Below, one piece after another: positions 11,179-17,380 of a stretch of 64,000 nt of DNA. The stretch is from positions 736,001 through 800,000 of the forward strand of contig CAWEWF010000014.1 in NCBI GenBank assembly GCA_963812605.1. Direction: 5' to 3'. The DNA is from an uncultured Verrucomicrobiae bacterium. Its GTDB lineage: Bacteria > Verrucomicrobiota > Verrucomicrobiia > Palsa-1439. The translations under genes and the position numbers were made by a program. Position 1 is the first letter of the stretch. Every line of letters starts with the position of its first letter. The notes beneath the pieces were generated by a model. The model had not been told where the DNA came from and did not search any database. It worked only from the letters and a program-made list of their open reading frames with translations.

Positions 11179-13257
11179 GCAAACTGCAAACGCTGCTGGT
11201 GTCGTTCGATGACAGAGCGTTTGAAGCGTTGGCGAGCCGTGGGCTGTTGCGACGCGCGCAGAAGGATTTGGAGGGCGGCGTTCCTGTCGAGATTACCGGC
11301 GATGTGCCCGCTGGTCTTGCGGTCAAGGTTGCCAATTTCACTGTTACACTTCCCGAAGCTGGTCCCGCGAAAGCCAAATGCACGTGTCGTTCCCCGGGCA
11401 TCTGTCAGCATATTCTGATGGCCTGCCTGTTTCTCCAACGCACCGCTGCACTCCCCAAGCAAGCTGACCTCCTGACAGTGGAAGCGACTACTACCGGACG
11501 CGGGCGCGATGAACTGTTGGCATTCACCGCCGAGCAACTCGGGCAATGGGCTAGCAAGCCGGCATTGCGGGCGGCGTTCGCATTGCTCGCGGCGCAACCA
11601 CCAATCCAGATGGAAACCAAAGGCGCGATCATTGTCCGTTTCCCTGATCACGGTGCGGAGTGCCGCTATGTTGCCGGTGGCGGATTGGATGGAATGGTTG
11701 TGACCGCACCGCAGGGTGCTTCCATGAAGTTTGCCGTGGCAGCGGTGTTGGCGTTTCAGCAGTCCCAGGGCCTCAAGCTACCCGAAGCCGCAACGGCGGC
11801 ACCTGCCCTGGCGGAAACCCGGGGCGCACCACGCACGCGAGATGAAGTCCTCGGTACCAGCCGTCAACTCCTTGAAGAGTCTGTGTGCGTCGGTCTTTCC
11901 CACCTCTCGATCTCATTTGAGCAGCGGTTTGCCACGCTGGCGGTTTCCGCGTTGGGAGTCAATCTTCCTCGATTGTCACTGGCGCTGCGCGGAATTGGCG
12001 ACGAGATTTCGCTGATCGTCAAGCGCGACGCGCAGGCTGATGAAGCGCGCCTGCTGCAATCAGTGTCACGCGCCCACGCACTTTGTCATGCTTTGCGTAC
12101 AACCATTCCCCCGCCACGAGCCGACTTGATCGGGTGGCATCGCACCCAATATGAGGAGGTCGGCCATTTGGAACTACACGGTGTCGCCGCCTACCCGTGG
12201 CGGACAAGTTCTGGTTACGAAGGATTAACGGTTCTATTTTGGGAGAACACAGCCTGCCCGGTGGTACTCGTGGTCGGAAGCCCGACCACGCCACCAAGCC
12301 GGCAGTTTCAATCCCCGCGACCGCTACAAACAAGAAAGTCCATGGCAGGGCGCGACCAGTCCTGACCAGCTTTCGCGCTCGAGCTTCAAGCTCATGCATG
12401 CGCGACGGAATCCCCTGGGCCGATTGTCTGCTTCTGCGAAGAGCCGAGCGTTGATCGTTGGCCCGACATCGCCCGTGACGCTCAACTTTGGCAATAAAAT
12501 CTTCTCGCACTGGAGTTCTCTCCAGCAGTACGCGTGCGAACTCTCGCCTATCGGTCTCGGGGAGTTCAATCCACTCGAGGAGATTGTGGTCTTGCAACCG
12601 GCAAACTGGGGCCGGCGACATTTCGATCAGGTTTCACAGACTTTCACCTGGGCCATCCTCGACGAAGACGGTGACGCGCTGACCCTGGAAGTGCGGTTTA
12701 ACGACCTGAACGACATCACCATCAAGTTTCTTGAGAATCTCAATCCCCGCACTCCGCGCGTGAGCGCGTTAATCGCCAAAATCTCGCGTACCGGCCTGAC
12801 AATCGCTGCGCAACCGATTTCGTTGGTCATGCCGGATGCGACGGGCACGGCGATTCTGAATCTTGGATTCGATGCCGCGCCCCGCCAGACGGTCCTGGCA
12901 AAGATAAAAGACCTGGTAAACACCATGGCTGACGAAGAGCCTCTGCTGGCTGATGAAGAGGGCGAGGCAGAGGAGTTCGTTCTTCTGGGTTCCAGCTTCG
13001 ATCAGCTCGTCACCAATCTGGAATCATTGCTTCAGAAGATCGCGGAACGCGGCTGCCGAACTCTTACTACGGTAGCCAGCCATGAACTGAGCGCGACCGC
13101 CGCAAACATGGAAGCCGCAGGGTTCAACATTCTTTCAAAAGCCATCCATCACTTGATCGGCAACACAAAGTGGCCAGCGCCGGATCTGCTCCAACTTCGC
13201 TACCTCTGCCTCGTTCATCGTCAGGCCGGTCAGCGAGTTGCTGCGCGCAGGACATGA
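11154..13257 (+). CDS. SWIM zinc-finger protein (YehQ-like), frameshifted near 12260
   Basis: CTCRSPGICQH SWIM motif; coding continues into ORF 12394-13257; start codon uncertain. Confidence 0.72.
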
Positions 13258-13373
13258 TTTGTCCATCGCATCTGACTGACAAACCAGATGCGGGTACAAG
13301 AAAAAAACTTTCTTGAATGTGTTGAGAAGGTAGAGGTTACACCGGTCTTTTCAATGTCGTGAACAAAAAGTTG

Positions 13374-13402
13374 TTGACGAATGACCCTTGGGAAGTTAGC
13401 TT
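13374..13402 (+). promoter_or_regulatory. Putative sigma70 promoter of the tRNA/RNA-repair locus
   Basis: TTGACG (13374-79), 17-nt spacer, TAGCTT (13397-402), A-tract upstream. Confidence 0.6.
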
Positions 13403-13424
13403 ACGCAAGTTTTTGAGGACAGAC

Positions 13425-13568
13425 ATGCGAACGCTAAGACCACAACGTAAATGCGCGACAGCGAGGATGCTTATATCCTCGTTGACCCGTAGTGGTCTGT
13501 TCCCGTCCTTTGTGTCATTAGGCCATTACGTCGCCAAAGATAACACGGGAGGGCCGGGAAGCAGGTAG
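13425..13568 (+). CDS. Putative 47-aa leader peptide (attenuator uORF)
   Basis: GAGGA Shine-Dalgarno at 13415-19; MRTLRPQRKC...GGPGSR*; last codons are complementary to the terminator 5' arm. Confidence 0.6.
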   Translation: MRTLRPQRKCATARMLISSLTRSGLFPSFVSLGHYVAKDNTGGPGSR

Positions 13569-13591
13569 TTGTCACGTCCAGATGTTCCGTG

Positions 13592-13624
13592 AACCCTGCT
13601 TCCGAAAGGAACGCAGGGTTTTTT
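13592..13624 (+). terminator. Intrinsic terminator (attenuator)
   Basis: AACCCTGC-TTCC-GAAA-GGAA-C-GCAGGGTT followed by a T tract. Confidence 0.85.
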
Positions 13625-13687
13625 ATTGTCGCTATGCCGAAAAACGAAAGGAATCACAGTTAAAATGAAGATTTAAGGTGAAAAGAA

Positions 13688-14049
13688 TGCCGCGCCACCA
13701 GCGTCAACTGGCAGCGCGGCGGGATCGGTCACTACAACAGGACTCTTGTGAGGGCCACTGAGGAGCAACCTTGTACAAGGTTAGCCTCCTTGGTGCGAAG
13801 GTGTCAAGGGCTCGCCCTTTGCCCGCCGAACTGTCCTGCCGGAGTTGAACGTTTCCCACACCAATCAATAACAACGCCAAGGGCTTCATGGGAGGTGTGC
13901 CCGAAACACCAAAACGTTCCACCGAGAAATCCCGTGGCCACGCCAGCGTCAGGCTGGTGTGAAGGTGTTCGTTCTTTGTTGTGATCAGGGCAGGAACACA
14001 GGGCAACCAATCGAGTGCCGCATGAGGCGGCATTGTGTTCCTGCCCCCA
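13688..14049 (+). ncRNA. Unassigned large structured RNA heading the tRNA array
   Basis: Nested helices: 13689-13720 hairpin; 13727-43 pairs with 13971-86; internal hairpins; terminal 13-bp stem followed by CCA; no convincing ORF. Confidence 0.6.
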
Positions 14050-14057
14050 TTTTCCGG

Positions 14058-14131
14058 GCGCTTGTGGTTTAGCAGCAGAACACCGCGTTGCCAACGCGGA
14101 GGTGCGGGTGCGACTCCCGCCGAGCGCTCCA
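14058..14131 (+). tRNA. tRNA-Gly(GCC)
   Basis: Cloverleaf, acceptor GCGCTTG/CGAGCGC, U73, CCA encoded, T loop TGCGACT. Confidence 0.88.
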
Positions 14132-14142
14132 ATTCCAGTGCT

Positions 14143-14216
14143 ACGGCGTGCGCCAGTTCGCGCAGTTGAGTCTCCAAAACTCGGCGTGGTTGGGGCGGCA
14201 CCAACACGCCGTGCCA
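14143..14216 (+). tRNA. tRNA-Trp(CCA), degenerate D arm
   Basis: Acceptor ACGGCGT/ACGCCGT, G73, anticodon loop CTCCAAA, T loop GGCGGCA, CCA. Confidence 0.75.
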
Positions 14217-14220
14217 GTTT

Positions 14221-14296
14221 GGGGACACATGTGCCGTAGCGGCGAGACTGCCTTGCAAGCAGTTTGTGGTGGGTGCAACTCCCACTGTCTCCACCA
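14221..14296 (+). tRNA. tRNA-Ala(TGC)
   Basis: GGGGACA/TGTCTCC with G3:U70, A73, anticodon loop CTTGCAA, CCA. Confidence 0.85.
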
Positions 14297-14308
14297 GTTC
14301 GGACCCGC

Positions 14309-14399
14309 GGGTGATGTTCCGGTCAACGGTCTGTAGAACCGTGGTCGCTAAAACAAGGTCGGAAGACGACGAGTGGAGCGTTACCACCATCACCCACCA
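14309..14399 (+). tRNA. tRNA-Tyr(GTA)-like, no D arm, enlarged variable arm
   Basis: GGGTGAT/ATCACCC, A73, CCA; anticodon arm ACGGT-CTGTAGA-ACCGT; T loop AGCGTTA. Confidence 0.7.
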
Positions 14400-14406
14400 G
14401 TTTCAC

Positions 14407-14482
14407 GACTCGGAAGAGGAACAGCAGACTCGCCTGCCTGTCTAGCGGGAGATAACGGGGGCAGCACCCGTCCGGATCGCCA
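14407..14482 (+). tRNA. tRNA-Asp(GTC)
   Basis: CCTGC-CTGTCTA-GCGGG, G73, T loop GGCAGCA, CCA. Confidence 0.8.
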
Positions 14483-14487
14483 TTTCG

Positions 14488-14562
14488 CGGGCACGAGGAA
14501 GATAGCAATCCGCCCGGTTTGGAACCGGGAGACACTCGGGGCAGAACCGAGGTGCCCGACCA
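14488..14562 (+). tRNA. tRNA-Pro(TGG)
   Basis: CGGGCAC/GTGCCCG, A73, CCCGG-TTTGGAA-CCGGG, CCA. Confidence 0.87.
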
Positions 14563-14569
14563 ATTTCCA

Positions 14570-14645
14570 CTCCCCGTAGTTCAGATTATAGAATGCCGAG
14601 CTTCTAACTCGGAGGTCGCAGGTGCGAGTCCTGCCGGGGAGACCA
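14570..14645 (+). tRNA. tRNA-Arg(TCT)
   Basis: CTCCCCG/CGGGGAG, CCGAG-CTTCTAA-CTCGG, CCA. Confidence 0.88.
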
Positions 14646-14653
14646 GTTTTGAT

Positions 14654-14728
14654 TCCATCGTGGGATAACAGTAGTCCACCGTCCTGTTAAGGCGAGAGGT
14701 CGTGGTGCGAATCCACGCGATGGAGCCA
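14654..14728 (+). tRNA. tRNA-Asn(GTT)
   Basis: TCCATCG/CGATGGA, G73, anticodon loop CTGTTAA, CCA. Confidence 0.87.
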
Positions 14729-14729
14729 G

Positions 14730-14821
14730 GGAGTCCAGGCCGATACAAGCTGGCGGCACTCGTCTTGAAAACGAGATCTGGCGCAAGCCAGAGGCGGGAG
14801 CATTACCTGCGGACTCCGCCA
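14730..14821 (+). tRNA. tRNA-Ser(TGA)
   Basis: GGAGTCC/GGACTCC, G73, long variable arm TCTGGC-GCAA-GCCAGA, CCA. Confidence 0.88.
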
Positions 14822-14853
14822 ATTCAGAAACAACAACCGAAGGAGATAAGGCC

Positions 14854-15033
14854 ATGTACACCACCAAGACAGAAACGGTCGCTCGGATCCCCATCCAACG
14901 CTGGCGAAATACGCGCTTTGTCGTACCGGTGCGGGAAACGCGACGCCATCGGTCGCTGGCAATACCGGATCCGCCACACCGGAAGAGGACGCGTCGCGGA
15001 TCATTCACCGAAACTGACGCGCGCGCCCCATAA
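14854..15033 (+). CDS. Small Arg-rich protein (59 aa) inside the tRNA array
   Basis: AAGGAG Shine-Dalgarno at 14840-45; MYTTKTETVARIPIQRWRNTRFVVPVRETRRHRSLAIPDPPHRKRTRRGSFTETDARAP*; too short for the ORF track. Confidence 0.5.
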   Translation: MYTTKTETVARIPIQRWRNTRFVVPVRETRRHRSLAIPDPPHRKRTRRGSFTETDARAP

Positions 15034-15075
15034 CGCGCATTGTTTACCATGCCTGTCGCAAACGATGCGCCCTTC

Positions 15076-15149
15076 CCTTCCGTAGCTCAAGAGCAGAGCG
15101 GTCGGCTGATAACCGACAGATCACGGAGCGTTACCGTGCGGAAGGACCA
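15076..15149 (+). tRNA. tRNA-Ile(GAT)
   Basis: CCTTCCG/CGGAAGG, GTCGG-CTGATAA-CCGAC, T loop AGCGTTA, CCA. Confidence 0.87.
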
Positions 15150-15151
15150 AC

Positions 15152-15226
15152 GGCTCGGAAGCTCTCGGAGGAGAGCGTCCCGCTGAAAACGGGAAAGGGG
15201 CGGTGCAACTCCGTCGCGAGCCACCA
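15152..15226 (+). tRNA. tRNA-Phe(GAA)
   Basis: TCCCG-CTGAAAA-CGGGA, A73, CCA. Confidence 0.86.
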
Positions 15227-15235
15227 CTTTGTTTT

Positions 15236-15309
15236 GTTCTCGAAGTGTAAGAGATCTGCACGTCCCGTTGCGAACGGGAAGGTTCGGGGTGCGAATCCCT
15301 GCGAGAACA
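15236..15309 (+). tRNA. tRNA-Arg(GCG)
   Basis: GTTCTCG/CGAGAAC, TCCCG-TTGCGAA-CGGGA; CCA not encoded. Confidence 0.83.
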
Positions 15310-15338
15310 CTTTACCCCGAATTCTTTCGGGCCAGTTT

Positions 15339-15415
15339 GCCTCTGTGGCCGAGACTGTCCAGGCACGGCTTTCGTAAAGCCGACCACATCGGTGCAATTC
15401 CGATCGGAGGCCCCA
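15339..15415 (+). tRNA. tRNA-Thr(CGT)
   Basis: GCCTCTG/CGGAGGC, CGGCT-TTCGTAA-AGCCG, CCA. Confidence 0.85.
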
Positions 15416-15422
15416 GTTTGCT

Positions 15423-15497
15423 GGTGACCGTGGTGTAAGAGCAGCACCGCAGACCGTGAATCTGCAGGAGCGGGTGTAAGTCCCGTCGGTCGCCCCA
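15423..15497 (+). tRNA. tRNA-His(GTG)
   Basis: G-1:C73 pair, GCAGA-CCGTGAA-TCTGC, CCA. Confidence 0.87.
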
Positions 15498-15505
15498 ATT
15501 CGTTC

Positions 15506-15578
15506 GTCCCGCGAGGGAGCCAGTGAACCCGCCTGTCTGCAAAACAAGCACTGTGCGGTGCGACACCGCAGCGGGACT
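15506..15578 (+). tRNA. tRNA-Cys(GCA)
   Basis: GTCCCGC/GCGGGAC, U73, anticodon loop CTGCAAA; followed by TCA. Confidence 0.8.
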
Positions 15579-15588
15579 TCAATTTCAT

Positions 15589-15663
15589 GCCTCCAAAGAA
15601 TAGACAGCGATTCGCGTCATCGGTAATGACGACAGCACAGTGCGATTCTGTGTGGAGGCTCCA
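15589..15663 (+). tRNA. tRNA-Thr(GGT)
   Basis: GCCTCCA/TGGAGGC, CGTCA-TCGGTAA-TGACG, CCA. Confidence 0.85.
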
Positions 15664-15670
15664 ATTCGAT

Positions 15671-15749
15671 GCGGCAGTGATGTTGAACAGAATGAGCATG
15701 GCTGCCTTCCAAGCAGCTCGTGTGGGTGCGACTCCCATCTGCCGCACCA
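15671..15749 (+). tRNA. tRNA-Gly(TCC)
   Basis: GCGGCAG/CTGCCGC, GCTGC-CTTCCAA-GCAGC, CCA. Confidence 0.86.
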
Positions 15750-15755
15750 CTTCGA

Positions 15756-15829
15756 CGCGGGTGAGTAGCGTGGCACTACAGGAGGCTCATACCCTCCAGA
15801 CGCCGGTTCAATTCCGGCACCCGCTACCA
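15756..15829 (+). tRNA. Initiator-like tRNA-Met(CAT)
   Basis: C1/U72 mismatch, GGAGG-CTCATAC-CCTCC; the only array tRNA with a canonical TTC T loop, paired with a GG D loop. Confidence 0.82.
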
Positions 15830-15836
15830 ATTTTCT

Positions 15837-15911
15837 CGCTCCGTAGCACAAACGCAGTGCGCCGGTTTCATACGCCGGAGATTGCCAGTGCGAACCTGGC
15901 CGGAGCGACCA
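15837..15911 (+). tRNA. Elongator tRNA with CAT anticodon (Met; Ile2 not excluded)
   Basis: CGCTCCG/CGGAGCG, CCGGT-TTCATAC-GCCGG, CCA. Confidence 0.8.
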
Positions 15912-15915
15912 GTTC

Positions 15916-15990
15916 GGGTCGCAAGCATTGCAAGCGATGCAGCGGATTCTTACTCCGCAGAACACGGGGCGGTACCGTGGCGGCCCACCA
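15916..15990 (+). tRNA. tRNA-Lys(CTT)
   Basis: GGGTCGC/GCGGCCC, GCGGA-TTCTTAC-TCCGC, T loop GGCGGTA, CCA. Confidence 0.84.
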
Positions 15991-15998
15991 ATCCATTC

Positions 15999-16073
15999 GC
16001 CTGCGTGGCCGAAAAGTCAGGCACCGGTTTTGTAAACCGACCCATGCAGGTGCGACTCCTGCCGCAGGCTCCA
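15999..16073 (+). tRNA. tRNA-Thr(TGT)
   Basis: GCCTGCG/CGCAGGC, anticodon loop TTTGTAA, CCA. Confidence 0.86.
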
Positions 16074-16079
16074 ATTGAT

Positions 16080-16154
16080 TGCCTCGTGGTGTAACCAGCG
16101 GCACATCCGTCTCTGAAACGGAAAGTCCGGGTGCAATTCCAGGCGAGGCAGCCA
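16080..16154 (+). tRNA. tRNA-Gln(CTG)
   Basis: U1:A72, G73, TCCGT-CTCTGAA-ACGGA, CCA. Confidence 0.87.
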
Positions 16155-16161
16155 TCGTCAC

Positions 16162-16236
16162 GCCGCACTAGCCCAATGCAGAGGCACCAGTCTTAGAAAC
16201 TGGACAGTCCTGGTGCAAATCCAGGGTGCGGTACCA
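16162..16236 (+). tRNA. tRNA-Leu(TAG), short variable loop
   Basis: CCAGT-CTTAGAA-ACTGG, 5-nt variable loop, A73, CCA. Confidence 0.85.
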
Positions 16237-16240
16237 ATTC

Positions 16241-16316
16241 GCTCCCGTAGCTCAAAGTATAGAGCGCCCGGCTTCGAACCGGGAGGTTGCAGGTGAGATT
16301 CCTCCCGGGAGCACCA
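16241..16316 (+). tRNA. tRNA-Arg(TCG)
   Basis: GCTCCCG/CGGGAGC, CCCGG-CTTCGAA-CCGGG, T loop TGAGATT, CCA. Confidence 0.86.
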
Positions 16317-16325
16317 ACGTCCGAA

Positions 16326-16397
16326 GCTCGTGTAGCCCAACGCAGAGGCAGTCGGCTTAAACCCGATCCAGTGCCGGTGCAATCCCGGCCACGAGCA
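16326..16397 (+). tRNA. tRNA-Leu(TAA), short variable loop
   Basis: GCTCGTG/CACGAGC, GTCGG-CTTAAAC-CCGAT; followed by CCG. Confidence 0.84.
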
Positions 16398-16402
16398 CCG
16401 AT

Positions 16403-16478
16403 ACCGACGTAGCCCAACAGCAGAGGCACCAAGCTCAAACCTTGGCCAGTGTGGGTGCGACTCCCTCCGTCGGTACCA
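16403..16478 (+). tRNA. tRNA-Leu(CAA), short variable loop
   Basis: ACCGACG/CGTCGGT, CCAAG-CTCAAAC-CTTGG, CCA. Confidence 0.85.
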
Positions 16479-16484
16479 ATTCAC

Positions 16485-16577
16485 GGAGCATGAACCGGGC
16501 AAGCGAACCGGGACTGTTTGCTAAACAGATCGACCCGCATCCAGCGGATTGAGGCGCAAGCCCTCCGTGCTCCGCCA
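16485..16577 (+). tRNA. tRNA-Ser(GCT)
   Basis: GGAGCAT/GTGCTCC, G73, anticodon loop TTGCTAA, long variable arm, CCA. Confidence 0.82.
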
Positions 16578-16587
16578 GTTCCTTCTC

Positions 16588-16676
16588 CCGCCCGTAGTTC
16601 AAAGAGAACCGTCCGCCTTATAAGCGGAATCGCACTGGATGAGTGCCAGGCCTCGGAGCGTTACCGAGCGGGCGGA
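16588..16676 (+). tRNA. tRNA with TAT anticodon (Ile UAU) and a long variable arm
   Basis: CCGCCCG/CGGGCGG, TCCGC-CTTATAA-GCGGA, variable arm GCACT-GGATG-AGTGC; no CCA. Confidence 0.8.
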
Positions 16677-16677
16677 T

Positions 16678-16755
16678 GGCCGTGATCGCGAAGCAGCTCC
16701 AGCGACCTGTCTTTCAAGCAGGATCCAGCGGGTGCGAGACCCGCCACGGCTGCCA
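16678..16755 (+). tRNA. tRNA-Glu(TTC)
   Basis: GGCCGTG/CACGGCT, G73, CCTGT-CTTTCAA-GCAGG, CCA. Confidence 0.85.
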
Positions 16756-16757
16756 AC

Positions 16758-16834
16758 GGACTCGAAGCCACAGCAGACCGGCACCGGACTTTTAATCCGG
16801 CAGGGTGAGGTTGCAACTACCTCCGGGTCCACCA
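16758..16834 (+). tRNA. tRNA-Lys(TTT)
   Basis: GGACTCG/CGGGTCC, CCGGA-CTTTTAA-TCCGG, CCA. Confidence 0.86.
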
Positions 16835-16860
16835 ATTTCGCTCGTATTGCCCAATGCGTT

Positions 16861-16934
16861 TGCCGAGTCGTCCAATAGTAGGACATCTCGCTTTGAACGA
16901 GAAGATCGTGGTGCGAATCCACGCTCGGCAGCCA
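16861..16934 (+). tRNA. tRNA-Gln(TTG)
   Basis: TGCCGAG/CTCGGCA, G73, TCTCG-CTTTGAA-CGAGA, CCA. Confidence 0.88.
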
Positions 16935-16939
16935 ATTCC

Positions 16940-17013
16940 CGCCCGATGGTGAAATAGGATCACGCCTGGCTTACATCCAGGAATCCGGGGAGCATAACCT
17001 CGTCGGGCGACCA
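16940..17013 (+). tRNA. tRNA-Val(TAC)
   Basis: CGCCCGA/TCGGGCG, CCTGG-CTTACAT-CCAGG, T loop AGCATAA, CCA. Confidence 0.86.
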
Positions 17014-17023
17014 GTTTGATGAT

Positions 17024-17109
17024 TTGCGGAAGTGAGACGGGAGTTCCTTCGGAGCTCAATCACCGAGCACTGGCCTGTTAAGCCAGCCTCCCGGCAGGAT
17101 ACTCCGCAA
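17024..17109 (+). ncRNA. Y RNA-like gene 1 (D arm plus GTT anticodon arm module)
   Basis: Ends pair (TTGCGGA/TCCGCAA); shares the AGTGAG..GGAGTT.CTTC scaffold; lies upstream of TROVE. Confidence 0.7.
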
Positions 17110-17123
17110 TGCTCTTTCGGCGA

Positions 17124-17255
17124 TTTGAGGTAGTGAGATCGGAGTTACTTCGCATGACAAGCGAGAGGTTGCCGGTTCGATTCCGGTCGCGGCCAGCAAT
17201 GGCTGCGTAGCTCAATGGTAGAGCGCTTACGTCTCTGATCGATTTTCTCCTCAAA
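17124..17255 (+). ncRNA. Y RNA-like gene 2 (YrlA-type permuted tRNA-like domain)
   Basis: Scaffold stem plus T arm GCCGG-TTCGATT-CCGGT, loop-closed acceptor CGCGGCCA-GCAA-TGGCTGCG, D arm GCTC-AATGGTA-GAGC. Confidence 0.82.
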
Positions 17256-17258
17256 ACT

Positions 17259-17358
17259 TTTTGGGGTAGTGAGATTCGGGTTACTTCATGGTCCTGTTGG
17301 TTCGAATCCAACCTTCAGCCTTCCGGCTGATGTTCCCGGGTCGGTTTACTCCTCAAAA
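17259..17358 (+). ncRNA. Y RNA-like gene 3 (T arm plus acceptor-like hairpin)
   Basis: Same scaffold; GTTGG-TTCGAAT-CCAAC, then TCAGCC-TTCC-GGCTGA. Confidence 0.75.
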
Positions 17359-17380
17359 CAATCCAAACACAACCAAATCC

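Noticed and set aside
13689-13961. ANTAR-binding twin hairpins linking the regulator at 40479 to the array
   Set aside because: The two similar hairpins are about 220 nt apart, lie downstream of the terminator, and lack the A1/G4 hexaloop pattern.
13860-13962. tmRNA-like tag frame (ATAACAAC-GCC-AAG...)
   Set aside because: There is no Ala-type tRNA-like domain with G3:U70 and a T arm, and the peptide lacks an AA-type C-terminus.
17150-17225. Ordinary or permuted functional tRNA-Val(GAC) gene
   Set aside because: The acceptor stem is closed by a GCAA loop with no CCA and is embedded in the Y-like scaffold, which fits a YrlA-type mimic better.
13704-17311. Many 60-230 aa ORFs on both strands across the array
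   Set aside because: They overlap well-formed tRNA or ncRNA genes and show no protein motifs; they are shadow ORFs of GC-rich RNA.
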